A stretch of 64,000 bases of DNA from the NCBI GenBank assembly GCA_965113315.1, contig OZ220372.1, one strand, 5' to 3'. Position numbers and translations under genes: made by a program. Below are positions 35,518-49,315 of this stretch, in pieces. The notes under the pieces were generated by a model. The model was not told the DNA's origin and ran no database searches. It saw only the letters and a list, made by a program, of their open reading frames with translations. The DNA comes from Podarcis vaucheri (lineage: Eukaryota). Every line of letters begins with the position of its first letter. Position 1 is the stretch's first letter.

Positions 35518-37696
35518 GAATGTATATATTTTTGTAGCTTCAAGAAAACCAGCATTGGGAATAATTGCCTAAATTTAAATGAGTCTATCATGACTTGAAA
35601 TAAACAGTTTTAGTAGACCAGTTCAAATTCTGCATTTGTTAGGTACTGCAATATTTGGGGGAAATAGTGAGCGTAATTTATGTTGTCCTCTCCCCTCCCC
35701 CCACAAAAAAATATATTAGAGGGCTTGGGATATGAATCTGATTCCAGGCTCTGGAATCTGATGGAATCTGATTTGGAATCTGATTCCAAAGACCTAATGT
35801 CACTCTGTTTTCCCAAAATCTGCCATATGAAAATATTTACCATCTGTTCCCAGTTGTATCAGTTGTACTTATTGACTATTGTTTGCTTTTGGCTCTCATG
35901 GGCAACATCTCCAAACTGGATGACAAAAAATAGTGGGGAGAGGGGATAGCACAAATTAAAATGGCAAGTTCTCCATTCACAACCAATGCCTCATTAAACT
36001 ATGTGTAATGAAACACTGATGTCATGACAGTCCAGTTCTGCAGTTTGTGAGTCCAAAGACTGAAAATATTTTGAAAGGGAAAAAACTAAGAATTCTGTTT
36101 AAGAATTTTTTTCCATCTCTTCATCCAACAACTAGTGATGGCTGGGAGTGGGAGGAACAAAATATCTCGTGTTAGTTCAGTGCATGCTTCTTGGACACGT
36201 GGAATACTGCTGTGGTCTGCTGTGTCAACCTCTCCTGCACAGTTGAAGCCCACCATAATTGAGGATGAAAGAAATGGAGGTGGGGGTGGAGGTTGAGAGC
36301 CAACCAAATCCATGATAGGTTGGCTATTGTAGATATGCTGGTACTAGGTAGGGAAAATACTGTAATTCAGAACTCAAAATAAAAATTAATGAAGTGTTAC
36401 TTGTGGAGTTGCATACCATTAGACTACAGCTTCAAAATGAAGTTGTTTGTATCGTTTGGTACTATTAGGTTGAAATCCTAAACATGCTTACAGTAGGCTT
36501 TACTTCCTAATAAGCATCATATGATTCTGCAGTTCTGGAATCAGCTGTCTCAACACTTTTAATAGACTTTACTGGTTAAATTAATCAATACTAAATATAC
36601 ATTAATTATATCTCATATGCCACTGAATAAAGATGCATAATATATGACGTAGGTTTTTCCTTTAGCAGTTACTTTTTCTCCTTCAGCCATGAAATATGAG
36701 ACTCTTTGTTATATAAAACATAGCTCTTGCAAACTTTTCCTTTAGACTTGCCAGTGATAGATGATTTAATTCTTTCCAGCTACACAGTTGGTTGAGTAGA
36801 AATTTCTTGCATGTGGTACATAAAAAGGACAGATGGGTATGATCCTAGAGATGTGTGTCCCTTTTTACAACTGCTATGAATATTTTGAATACAAGTTCAA
36901 GGGATGCATTAATTACGTGAAGTTGTACCTTGTGATGTGCCATTTGTAATTTACTTTGTTAGACATTCATTTATACTTGAGTTGTAGTTCTTTTGCACCT
37001 TTTGCATCAACATATTCTTTAGACACAGCTGTTATTGTTTAAAAAAGTTGCAAAACTTATAAACCTTGCTGTGCTGCATCCTCAATTCTTTTCTGTTGGA
37101 CTTTCAAGAATACCATTAAGTTCACATAGACAGTACTGCAACCCCCCCCCCAAAAAAAAACCCCAGGAACTGTCGGTGTTGCCTTGAATTGGTCTTATGC
37201 ATTGTAGTTTCCATTTCTTGCATACAGTCATATAGCAAACATTTTCTATATTTCTGACACAGATTCTTAATAGTGCTTATCAGCATATTTTATATATGGG
37301 CAATTCCAAACAGATGGGAATATTGGTTTACTGTGGCAACTTAAAGGCAAACTAACTAAGACTTTCATAGGCAACAGCATGGTATAAGTTCGCCGACTGG
37401 AAAACCTTATGCTTTTATGTGTTCTCTTATTCCCCTCCCCAACACAAAAAGCTTGGGCTTGGGTCATTATGTATATCTGCACTTATCTTATTATCTAGTG
37501 CAGGATTGACTTTGGGTGGCAAGGTCATCAGTTGTTTCTGTTATAGCCCTATAATCTTGGACAGGACGATGATTGGCTTCTCAGAGTAGGGCTAGGAAAC
37601 ATGTAAAATTTGCAATTGGAGAGAAAGGAACATGGTCAAGTGTTCAAAACTAAATATATGATAAAAACTAATTAGTGAATCACATTTCTTTATTAA

Positions 37697-37732
<36 letters not shown>
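37697..37732. repeat. (CAT)n microsatellite
   Basis: Directly visible. Confidence 0.9.
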
Positions 37733-38887
37733 GTAAAGTTGTTTGACTAAAAATAAATTACTATGGCTACTGTGGCTCTAGTTATGTATAATTTAGCATG
37801 CAAATCTACTTTTTCGGAAGGTAAAGATAACATTTACCAAGTAGAGATGAACAGATTTGTCAATTTCAGCTCCCCTTTCTCATTTTTCCAATTTTAAGTT
37901 CAGTTTGCTCCATTTCTATGCCAGTTTACATTTGGTTAAATAAAGCCTGCACAAAAATTTGAACACAGTTCATGTGCCTTTCTCCTAACAAAAGCATTTT
38001 TTTGCAGATATCTATGTGCACTTTTTCAATAAACAGATACCTAAGGCTGCTTCTGCTGTTCATGTGCAATGATAAGTGAAATGTGTTTGTAGCAATGTTA
38101 GTGTTTTAGGGATGTACATAACTTGCATTCATCTTATAACTCTTCCCTCAAAATTCCTTAGATGCTTTGCTAAGGTATACCTTGAAATTTCTTACAGGTG
38201 GAATTTACTGGCAATTCTGCTGGTATATCATGAGGGAATAGTACAAGTAAGAAAGTACTGTGTAAACATCACTGCTGGTGTAAAGCCATGCTCCATGCAT
38301 ATGGAGCTTCTGAACTGTACGATTTTACATGTTCATTTTTGTAAAGAGAGATATTTGGCCCCATTTTAACAAAATGAAGCAATGTTGCAGCTGTTAATGT
38401 ATTCAATATAACACTTTCCGTGAATGAAGAGGGTGGGAAAGAGATTTCTGCTACTTATTTTTATCATTAAACATGCTATCTGGCATCTACAGCAATGCTC
38501 TTTTTTTAAAAAAAAGATAACAAAATAAGCAATTATATATTCTACTTTTGCTTAATATGTGAAATGTACTACACCTGAATCTGCAGGCCAATATGTATAG
38601 AGTGTAGAAGAAGAATGCCAAAACTTTTATGGAACCCACAGCTAGATAATACATTTGAGTAGCAAAAGCATCGTCTTAATAGAGTGACATTTAAAATAAT
38701 TGGGACAGGTTGGCTGTACCAAGAGAGTATTTTTGAGAAAGAAAAAGAAGTGATGAAACACTAACAATTAAAAATCAAACTGCATGGGGGGACAGTATAA
38801 TTGATCGAAAAACACCTGGAAATTCTAACAAGTTTAATGCCAGCAAAACCTGTTTACTAACGCAATAATGCTAACACTAAGCTGTCC

Positions 38888-39054
38888 TTAAATAACAACA
38901 GCATGAAGAAGTCGGAAGCATAACATGAGGTCAAATGGAATTGGAGGTTTGATTTCATTGCCATCCAGGCGGAGATAGCGGAGTCGTGGTAAGTTCCTCT
39001 CATAGACATGATCCCCTGGGATAGGAACTGGACATATTTGGGTTCCATTAATAC
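38888..39054 (-). CDS. KERA: Keratocan last coding exon (INGTQICPVP...LRYLRLDGNEIKPPIPFDLMLCFRLLHAVVI*)
   Basis: ttttag acceptor at 39055-39056, TAA stop, 167 nt; C-terminus is typical of KERA. Confidence 0.95.
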
Positions 39055-40357
39055 CTAAAACAAAAAAACAAAACAAGAGCATAAGAAAAGTGGTTGGGAG
39101 TCATTGTCTTCCCTCCCCACAAAAAACTCACCAAGTAAATATTTTAAATATGATCCTGTAAGATTAGGACTTGTTGGGAAGCCAGAGGAATCACAGTTCA
39201 GCATTTGTTTCCTTCTATTTTTTTATCATGGAAGATGATCAGCAGTCACCTGATGCTCAGCAGTCACCAGGTGATGAGGCTGCATGTTCCCTCTTAAAAC
39301 TTGGCAATATCTTCTTCACTCCTTGTGAGGAGTGGTGTCTAGTAATTTTGATTTGCCTGGTATTTGAATTTTCTAGCGTGATTGTTCTTTGAACTAGAAG
39401 CTCTTAGTGTTTCCCATCTGTAAAATGGGTAAATTGTTTTTGGAAGCAATGCCTAATTCTGTCGTGCTATCATGCATGTGTGTGATAATGTGACTCGATG
39501 TGTGATTTGTGGTTAGGCTCAGCAGCTTATGGTATGCACTAATTGTTTCTGTTTTATTCTTGTGATGCAATTGCAGTCTGGTTTGCATTAAGCTGATCTT
39601 TGCTGGCCCGGTATCATGCTTGGATGGTTTGCTTAATGGTAAGGGATCTGCCAGCACACAAAATATCTGTGTACCTTAGGTCAGGGATGGGGACCATTCT
39701 TCTGTTAACATGTATATTCCTTCTGCGGCAATCTATTGTGAATTATAAATCATTATTGTGTGAATCCATCCCTTTGGCTGTTCCCCCAGCTCAATCCTCC
39801 TCCTCCTCCTCCTCTGCCTGTGGGCTTCCATAGCCACATGAAGTTAAGCTATGGGCCACAGAGTCTGCAATATTGTCTTAGGTGAACAGAGCATTCTGTG
39901 CGCTCCACCCCCCCTTCAGTTAATAAGACCCATTTACATTTTACTTTGGATCTCTAACCATGTGCTAGAATTTGTTTTGTGGGAGCTGACCCTATGTTCC
40001 TTGTACTTGATCCTCATCCCATTATATGTGATCACAAATATGAATGCTGAATGCCAAAAGTCCAGAAGTGAATGCTTCCATTTTCGAACACGCCTTGGAA
40101 GTCAAATGGCTTCCGAGGCACATTTCTCAAGTTTCCCCATTGAATTTGCTGACAGACCTTTGGTCCTCGGTTTTCAAACATTTTGGAAGTCAAGCGGACC
40201 TCAGGAATGGATTATGTTCAAAAACTGAGGTTAGACAAAATAGGGCTTAGTCACTAGCCAATGGAATTTACAGTTTAGATCAAATGTACAGAACTTGTAT
40301 TTCTGAAATACAATAGGTTCTCATTAAACCAGAGCTGGTCTGGTTTCTTCTTGCTTC

Positions 40358-40526
40358 CAGTGGCGTAGCGTGGGGGGTGCAGGGGGGGCCGGCCGCACCG
40401 GGCGCAACATCTGGGGGTTAGGGTTAGGGGGCGCAAATCCACGGGTTAGGGGGCACAAATCCACGGGTTAGGGGGTGCAAATTACTTGCCTTGCCCCGGG
40501 TGCTGACAACCCACGCTATGCCACTG
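40358..40526. mobile_element. 169-bp hAT-type MITE with TTAGGG-containing internal repeats
   Basis: 17-bp TIRs (cagtggcgtagcgtggg / cccacgctatgccactg); 8-bp TSD cttgcttc at 40350-40357 and 40527-40534. Confidence 0.85.
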
Positions 40527-40689
40527 CTTGCTTCTAATACCTATACACTTTTGGACTTGTGAATGCATGTGTGTGTGCATGGGCATGTGTGCACAGCACT
40601 GCAACATTTGTGCTATAAACGGGAGGAGTGTGGGGGAGGGGTATTTCTGTGGAAAAAACTTCTGTTTGAGATTGCTGATATGCACTTAC

Positions 40690-41575
40690 TGTCGATCCTG
40701 TTGTTGTCAAGATAAAGGTGCTCGAGGTGAACATTGATAGATGGGATTTTGGTGAGTTCATTGTAAGATAGCTGAAGGTCAAGAAGAGATGAAATGTTAA
40801 ATATTTTGGATGGTAGACCTTTATCGGTTAACTTATTGTTGTTCAGTCGAAGGAAAATCAGTTTGAGCGTTGCATCAAAATAATTTTCTGGTATTGCTTC
40901 AATGGAGTTATTGTCCAAAAACAGCTGTATTACATTAGCTGGAGGGGTTGGTGGCATTTTTGTAAGTGAATTTTGAGCGATGTTGAGTAGCATGAGGCTG
41001 TTAAGTCCTTGGAAGGTGTCACTTGAGAGAGTACTGTCCAACAGTTTGTTTTGATGTAGATCTAGCGCAGTGAGGTTTTCCATATTGTTGAAGACCCCTG
41101 CGGGGATTGTAGTGATTTTGTTTCTTGCCAAACGCAGCTGCTCTAAGCTCAATGGCAATGGAGCAGGCACTTCTTCTAACTCATTATTCTCAAGAAATAA
41201 GTAGAGCAGATTTTTCAAGTTGCCGAATACACCCTTTTCAATTCCATTGCTGGTAATTTTGTTGTTGTTCAGATTTATCCATTTTAGTTGTGTGGCATTC
41301 ACAAAAGATTTCCCTGTAACTGTTTCAATGAGATTGTTTTGGAGGTAGAGATACCAGATTCTTGCTGGGATGGCTGGAATTTCTTTAAGTTCCTTGCTAT
41401 CACAGTATAAGGCATTTGGGAAACTAGGAGGGCAGAAGCATTCTTGTGGACATTCAAAGCTGTAGAAGGACCAGTCATATGTATCAGGCTGATCATACAT
41501 TGGCCTGATATTACGAGTCCACACGGTATTGGTCAAGAAGACTACCAATAGTCTGGAATACAATTGTACATTCAT
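40690..41575 (-). CDS. KERA: Keratocan main coding exon (class II SLRP; full protein 350 aa)
   Basis: ATG at 41575 just after the acceptor at 41583-41584; signal peptide, CPQECFCPPSFPNALYC (CX3CXCX9C), LRRs; gtaagt donor; 886 nt. Confidence 0.96.
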
Positions 41576-43110
41576 AGTTAACCTTGGAGAAAAGGGGAAA
41601 ATAGTTATAAGAAAGTATACATCTCCACAGTATCTTTTTTCTGAAAGCAACAATGTGCATTCCTTTATAAGGGTGAAATGCTGTCTTGCATGGTGTCACA
41701 ACTTTTTTCAAGAGAAAAAAGAAGGGTCGTATCTTAAATTCAGGGGGAACTACAAGCTATGACTCTAAGTATAGTATGTTTCAATCTGGATTTCATTCCT
41801 TTTCCAGATATGGTAAGTGTGCACACATTCAGTTCATGTTTAAAAGAAGCTAGAGACAGAGCTTGCTTCTCTTACTGAATTTCAGTAACATTTAAAAACT
41901 TGCCTTTTTCCAAACTAGGGAGAATATTTAATGTGCAAAAATCACCCAAAACATCACCCAAAACAGAGGTGGCATACAGTAACTGACATAATTGCCTTTA
42001 TTGACTGCTATCCAGTCCTAGTTTGGTCCTCCATGAAGAAACTCACATCTTCTTTTGTACTCCTAGATGAGAAGGCATATGGATCTTATTTTCTAGGCCT
42101 GGTTCTCATCACACACAAGAAAAAGATCAAAGAATATTTTAACAGCTGCTTGCTGGGTATGTTCCCTAGAAGTCTAGAGAGCTGTGTTTGAAAATCTACT
42201 CCTCTTCTTCAATCGTTCCCCTGTGCCCCAAATTATTGGCTTTCCTCTTTAAAATGTAAATTACTTAGGAAACAAATTCTCCCTAGAACTTCACTTTTAT
42301 TGCTTGGCCACGTATTCAGATTTCTTTGTCAAGTTCTTTTTTTAAATTGTTCACATTAAAACTAACATTTTCCATAGCTATACATTAAAAAAACCTAACA
42401 TGCAAGCCAAGTTACTACAATGCAGTAGTAATTATACAGCAACAATGCATCCCAAATTTTTATGTCTGTCTTGGTTTTCTAAAAGTAAGTATATATAACA
42501 TTTCAAAAGAAAGAAAGAAAATAAGCTGGATACACTGGTGCAGAAAGGTTGGGGGGGTTTGGAGGGGTTTTTTGGGGGGAAGTATTAAAGAAAATCATAA
42601 GTCATAAGCATCACTGAATCAAAGGGAAAACCAATGCCTTACATGGGTTTTGGTTGTTGTTTTTTAAACGGCTGCTTCTCTAAAGTCCAACAGCTGAAAA
42701 GAGCTAACAGGCTTTGAAACTGCTGTCCACAAAATAGCAGAATACTGCCTGAAGTAATAAAATAGAAAGAAGAGCAAGTGAGAGAAACTAAATTATTTCC
42801 AGAGAAAGTCATACTGGATTTAGCACAATGTCTCTGACATCTTTCTCTTACAAGAAATATATACCAACATTGTTATAATGAGTAACTGAAATATTTTACC
42901 TTGTACAGGTTAGGTGATGATTTCTGGTGGCTGTTGGAAATCATTTAAGTACAAAAGTCTTTGTTTCCTTTTAACATTATTTGTAGTCTGAGCTCTTGTA
43001 AATTTGTAGCATAAAACCCTAAATATGCAGCAGTAATCCCCAGACACATTACCCAAGACACCTAACATTCTGTTGTTTCTAATTTGACAATGCTTGAGAA
43101 TCTAGCTTAC

Positions 43111-43201
43111 CTCAGCTTTCTTGGATTCTCTTCTGTTCTTCCTATTGGTCACTGCGGTTAGACTGTAAGAGGTTGACTCAGGCAACACGCAGTGTTTTAT
43201 G
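43111..43201 (-). promoter_or_regulatory. KERA: Candidate KERA non-coding exon 1 and core promoter
   Basis: Donor GAG|gtaagc at 43111/43110; CATAAAA at 43195-43201, about 30 nt upstream of an Inr-like site; TGACTCA (AP-1) at 43174-43180. An alternative donor exists near 42900. Confidence 0.4.
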
Positions 43202-44774
43202 AATACAGCCTAATATATACGCATCAATGACTACAATTGTTAACCCTTAAAATAGCTATGCACCTCAGCACCTTCATGCTAAAGTACAGGAAATCTTGGC
43301 TTTCACATCAAACAGTTGCAGCCCTTAAGGTCATTCCCAGAGATGTTAAACTCAAGTTTTAAAAGAATGAATAGACTGGGCAAAAGGAATCATTACTACA
43401 TATATAATAAAATGTTAATAAATCATTTTCATCTTAATTAGGGAACAAAGCATTAAAACTGTGCCATCTGTTCCTGCGGAAACCTTTTATTTGATTATGA
43501 TCAAAAACAGATGCAGGAATGTTTTTAAAGATATGATTCTTGATTAGGAAAAGTAAGTAAGATTATTTGCTAAGAAATTCTTTGATACTCTTAGAATAGT
43601 TTGATATAATTTGATGCTTATTCTGCATATGTTATTTTTGAATAACTTTCCAGAAATGGAACTGACTTCTGCCACCTGATATAATTTTTATGCTAATTAG
43701 TTTTAAGCATAAAGAGTTTTGCAGTGAGAATCATATGTATCCCACATGATACTAATAATAATAATAAAACAAAACATAAAGTGGTCTCCAGATTTGAAGA
43801 ATCTGTTTGCTTTGAAATTGGCTGATGCAACTACTAAAGTGGGGTAGGAGGTAGTTATTGGAATGGTGCCTCCATGCCGTTACTGATGTGCAACAACTTG
43901 CCTGTAGTGTTCTGTTGGGGCACAAGGCACAAGTATCAATAGCACTAGCATGGTACTCACCCAACCTCCACCTGCCACTTGCAAGGGCGCATGTTTCTCT
44001 CTACTGTTGGCCAATAACCACAGGCAGATTTTAAGACAAAAACATTACCAATCTAACAACCTGACTACTTGTCATTTGCAAAACATTTTTTTTTAAAGAA
44101 ACTGTGATTGAAATATTGACAGCAAAATGTGTTTCTGCTTAATTAGTAGGACTTGGGGTGGAATTCAGTGTTGGGCTAGTACAAGTGTTCTGCCTGTACA
44201 AGCCTAGCAGCTAACTACCCTTCTCTACCCACTGCATGTTGTTCTGGGGGTTCTCTTAATCCCACGCGCCCCCAACCCAATTTTGATAGTGGGGCGGGAA
44301 GGGCCCTGGGGAGGAAACATTCTTGCTTAGGGTTTTTAGTGCTGGGGCATGTTGGGTCAATCCCTCCATTGGTATCTAAGTGCTCCTGTAATGCAAAACA
44401 GTTTTAGTTCTAACTCTGTGGCGTTTTGGTTTAATAAAGCATATAATTACAATGTTTTATAGCATTGAGTTCTTCATTCCTCAAAATAGTAGTGATAAAG
44501 GAAGAAAACCAATGACAGGTGTCATAGAAACACTTTCAATGTGATCCATGGAAAGTGTGCTTAATTCTACAATCAGGAACATGCTTACTTCAATTCCGTA
44601 CCTACTGTGTGATTTAATTTCCCAGGTGAGGGTGTTGGGACTTGATTGTTCCCATTAGAACTTGTAGAACGTTTGTGCATCTTTAAATGGACAAGTTCCA
44701 TGGATTCTAGTGGGGTTAAACTATGCCTAATCTGTCTTGTATTCAGTAATCTTTCTTGTATTCAATTTAATCAG

Positions 44775-45135
44775 AGAATCATAGAATTGTAGAGTTGAAA
44801 GGGGATCCTAAGGGTCCACTAGTCCAACCCCCTGCAATGCAGAAATCTAGACTAAAGCACCCATGACAGAATGCCATCCAACCATTACTTAGGGTCTCCG
44901 GAACCTTGATCATCTTGCTCACCTTCCTCTGCACAGGTTCCAGCTTGTCAATATCCTTCTTAAATTGTGGCACCCAGAACTGGACACAGTACTTCAGGTG
45001 TGGCCTGACCAAAGCAGAGTAGAGTGGTGCTATTATTTCCCTTGATCTGGACACTATACTTCTGTTGATGCATTAGAATAGTATTAGGGTGTGTGTGTTT
45101 TTTGCTGCTGCATCATACTGTTGACTAATGTTGAA
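44775..45135 (-). mobile_element. CR1 LINE fragment with 3' terminus
   Basis: [30 protein letters not shown] (CR1 ORF2); (ATTCT) terminal repeats on the - strand. Confidence 0.88.
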
Positions 45136-45274
45136 CTTTTTAAAAAAATCAAACCCAAAATGTGATCATAATATGGTGCCTTGCATGCACTGTATAGAGA
45201 AGCATTCATATTTGCACCAAGGAATTGTGCAAGCTTTTGCAAGGATGCAGAGTAAGAGCCAGAATAAATGTGAC

Positions 45275-45455
45275 ATTAGGAACACAGGAAGTGCCATATA
45301 TCTGTTGGCCCATCTATCTCAGTATTGCCTACACTGATTGGCAGGGGTAAAGAGAGTTTCAGACAAGAATCTTCCCCAGCCCTATGTGGAGATGCCACAA
45401 ACTGAACCGGGGGCTTTCTACATGCAAAGCCATGATCTCTTCCACTGACCTGCAA
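45275..45455 (-). mobile_element. tRNA-derived squamate SINE, degraded
   Basis: Reverse-oriented tRNA-like head (gagatgcc...gaacc...catgcaaag...ccactga); a related fragment lies at 47120-47185. Confidence 0.55.
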
Positions 45456-47531
45456 CCACTTACTAAAATGCATATTTGAATTTAACATGCACTACTTCTT
45501 CATTTTAAATGCAAATAGCTGCTAGGTGGTAGTGTGTGATCACTGTCAAAATTGTAGCATGTATGGAGGGAATTTTTTTAACCCTTTCTTGTTTTGGTCT
45601 TGAATAAAATAGCTACTCTGAAGCTTTTATTGCGGTGGCATGAAATTCCCCATAGGTGCTTAAAGGGACTTTCCTCCTAATAGAAATACGGTTTCGGAAT
45701 AGTGATCTTTCTCATAGCTGCAGCAGGGGAGGAAACAGTTAAATTCTCACTTCACACATGCTGTGATGCATCCTCTCAACAATGGGTTCTGTTTGCATTT
45801 TTAAAATTTGCACATAAATGCAAATACACTTTTAATGTCATGTCTGGTTTGACCTCTATTGGTTCATTTAACACAGGTTTGTCAATTGTCTATTTTACAT
45901 ACCCTCATCTTTATTAATAAGGAACACTCTAGTTTGAGCCTCTGGGCATATTCTTGAGGGAGGATGCAGCGTTGCAGTCTAAGTGTGAAGTCACAATGGA
46001 AAAAACTATGGAAGTTTGCAGAATATGTACAGACACCTAAGATGTTATGTATTGTGATAGCTACACATTCCGGACAAATATACATTCATTTAGTGCTATA
46101 TAAACATTTCTAATAAGCAGACTATTGTTAACAAATGACCGCTCCCCACATCAAATGGGGGTGCCTTCTATGTGATCATGTGCAGCCCCCCGGATCCCAG
46201 TGCGACTCCTGGTAGTTCGGGCTGGCTTCATCCTCCCCAGGCTGGATACCTGGAGGTCTCTGCCTACCTCAGCCAATCTAGATTAGGGTCATCATGTAAG
46301 GGGGAAAAAAACCTTTTTCTGTAGAAATATGGGATGCCTTAGTAACATATGTATCAGAAACTGACTGCGACATGCACATTTTTTTGTGTTGTTAGATTAG
46401 AAAAACTAAATAAAAGCATTTATTAGAAGGATGCAGCAGAGCAGAATGTTCCAAGGACAACCAATCAATATGCCCAAACTTCTACAAAAGAACTCAGTCA
46501 AGGAAAGAATTGGAGGTGAATGCTCCCACTTCAGATGTATTTGGAGCACATCCGAACAAGTTTAATCTGAAGTGGTCTGAACCAAAGCAGCTGGAACTGC
46601 TTTGGAGATTTGGAAAGGTTTTCATTTTTAGGGTCCTTCCTCAGGTTGATACTTTGATGTAGCTCCCACATTTGACTCGGTGTTATCCATAAAGTGAAAA
46701 TGCGAGGTAGAGTGGGTGGGGTGTAATTCTGTGACAGACAGCTTTATTTTCCAACCAGGGAATGACTTTACCAGGGCTATTTTTTTCGCTTCCTGTCACA
46801 GTGCTTTTGGAAGGATGTAAACGACCATGATAAAATACTCTTCTTTGCTCTTTGTGACTGGCAGCAGCAGTGCACAGGGTGTTTGTGGCTCCCGGAACTG
46901 TTTTGAGAACCATGACTTACAAAAAATAAGACATTTTAGTGCCTCTTTTGCCATTAGTATCACATTAAACACCATTAAGCATAGTATTTTATTTTTAGTA
47001 CATCTGCTTTGCTAGAGAAAAAGTAGCTTAAGTAACTTTTCCTTACACTGAATTAGGTCTCACTCAGTAGGTGATTTTCCTGCCATCCTATTTGAGATTT
47101 GCTTAAAAAACCTACAACCTAGAGATGCCAGGATTCAACCAGGGACCTTTGCATGCCAAACATGTGCTCTACCATTGAGCTACAACTCCTCTACTACCAA
47201 TTTGAAGGGTAACATCAACAGGCAGGAATGAAAAATAAATTAGAAACACAGTTGTATAGAAACTTTAGCTATTGTTTTATCAATTTGGCTGTGATATTGA
47301 CCAGCTTTCTGGGAAAAAAATTATTCATTGTTATTCTAAATGAAATACCAAATCTGGTTTGAATTTGTGCTTTTATGGGTTTGTCTAGTACTTGTATCTA
47401 GCAGATGGATTATTTAGAGGAAAATGAAGCCACGAGGCTCTTTTACAGAGTCTGGGACTTGATAGTTCTAAAAAAATGTATCCATCATACACTAGAAACA
47501 GAGGCAGTGGGTATTAAAAGTGTGGATTCTA

Positions 47532-47532
<1 letters not shown>

Positions 47533-47563
<31 letters not shown>
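47533..47563. repeat. (CAT)n microsatellite
   Basis: Directly visible. Confidence 0.9.
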
Positions 47564-48352
47564 CTTAATTATTAAAAATATCTCTAAGCAGGGTACAAAA
47601 AACTGAAGCAACAACAGACAGCTTAAACAAAATATTACAAAAATACAATTACCTATAAAATGTACATCCACAAAAGTCTCACAACAAGGAGTTCATGGAT
47701 ACAGCAAATATCACCCTAGTATCTCACTCTACTTGTTTTTTATGGGCAGGCCTAAGGTAGATGGTACTTCCTGAGGCTGCCAACAGCTGTGTCCCACTCA
47801 GCTGCATTCTCCACACTCTGTTCCAGGTACAGAAGATTTATTGAGTTTCCCAGGGGGTCCTAAGGATGGAGAAAGGCTCTCCCTTCACGCACAGCTCTTT
47901 CTTCACCCTCTGTTTCTCCTCCTCCTCCTCCAGATCCCATTGAAGCAGTTAAAGCACCATAACTTATTTGTGTCCACCATCCTTAAGCTCTTCCTACCTC
48001 TTCTACCAGAGGTCTGCCAACAGAAGTTCCACACATTTAGCCACAACTGCTAAATGATTCAGAGGGAGTACACTTCTGGATGCAACATACAAGTGACAAA
48101 GAGGCATCTTTGAAGGCGGGTCCATTAGGGTGAATGAGGCACTGCCCCACCAGGCTCAAGCAGCCCCCATCCTGCTGTATTTGGAGCCCAGAAGGAATTT
48201 GTCTTCAAACAGATTGGCTCCCTTTGCAGGTTTTGCCTTCCTGATAGCAATAGTCACAACTTTGGCAGAGGGAATCCTAGTCTAACAGCAGGTGGGGGGT
48301 GAAGTGGTGTGTCACCCCAACCTCAGAAAAGGCGTGTTAGAGAGGTCTAGAT

Positions 48353-48488
48353 CAGGCCTAGGCAAACTCAGCCCTCCAGATGTTTTGGGACGACAACTTC
48401 CATGATCCCTAGCTAACAGGACCAGTGGTCAGGGATGATGGGAATTGTAGCCCCAAAACACCTGGAGAGCCGAGTTTGCCTAGGCCTC
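48353..48488. mobile_element. 136-bp hAT MITE (URR1-like)
   Basis: TIRs caggcctaggcaaactc / gagtttgcctaggcctc; 8-bp TSD gtctagat at 48345-48352 and 48489-48496. Confidence 0.85.
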
Positions 48489-48909
48489 GTCTAGATGGAA
48501 GTCTCTGTCCAAAAGCCAAGGCATTTGGCTGATGGTCCATAGAGCTGCCTTCAGCAGCCTGGGAGGGCCATCTGTGTAGGTCTGCATCTTGTGGATAGCC
48601 CATTAATCCTAGGCTCGACCCTGTCATGCCTCAGCCCTACACCAGGAGGCTGAGAGGGATATACACCCAATGCTTAAGTCAAATCCCACCTCCATCTGGA
48701 ATTGATAAAATTGTGACCAGTTTTACAATACCAGAGTGTTTTCTTGTCCAGTTTGTTCACTTTCTTTAATGCCTTGATCCCTGGGGAGGGTTCACTGTGC
48801 ATGGGTCTGTAATAATATTGTTGTTAGTGGAATTTGCATCCTACCTTTTTTCTGGTGTTTGAGCTTCAGAGACTTGCCAGCAATCACTTAGTAGGATTGG
48901 ATTTATGGC

Positions 48910-49315
48910 TGAACTTATTTAATTTTTTTATCACCCTTCATCCTAAAATTACAGGACAGTTCACAGCATAAAAGTACAAAATGAGAACATAAAATACATA
49001 AACAAAAACAAACCAATAATCCCCCCTTTCACCACCACCCCAATTTAAAAGGTCATAGAATGTTAATCAGCCAAAGGCCTGTTTATAGAGAAACATTTTT
49101 GCCTGGCACTTAAAGAAATGTAATGAAGGTGCCAGGCAAGTCTCTCTGAGGAGAGCATTCCACAAATGGAGCCACTGCAGAAAAGGCCCATTCTCATGTT
49201 GCCTCCCCCCGGACCTCTCATGGATGAGGCTCATGAACAAGGGTCTCAGATGATGAATGCAGGGTCCAGGTTGGTTTATATGGGAAGAGGCCGTCCCTGA
49301 GGTAATGCAGTCTTG
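48910..49315 (-). mobile_element. L2 LINE 3' fragment
   Basis: Reverse complement of the L2 3' region at 19735-20110 and 60750-61000. Confidence 0.7.

Noticed and set aside
41576-41653. 26-aa N-terminal extension of KERA in the ORF track
   Set aside because: Starts at TTG and runs through the polypyrimidine tract and acceptor; the true ATG is at 41575
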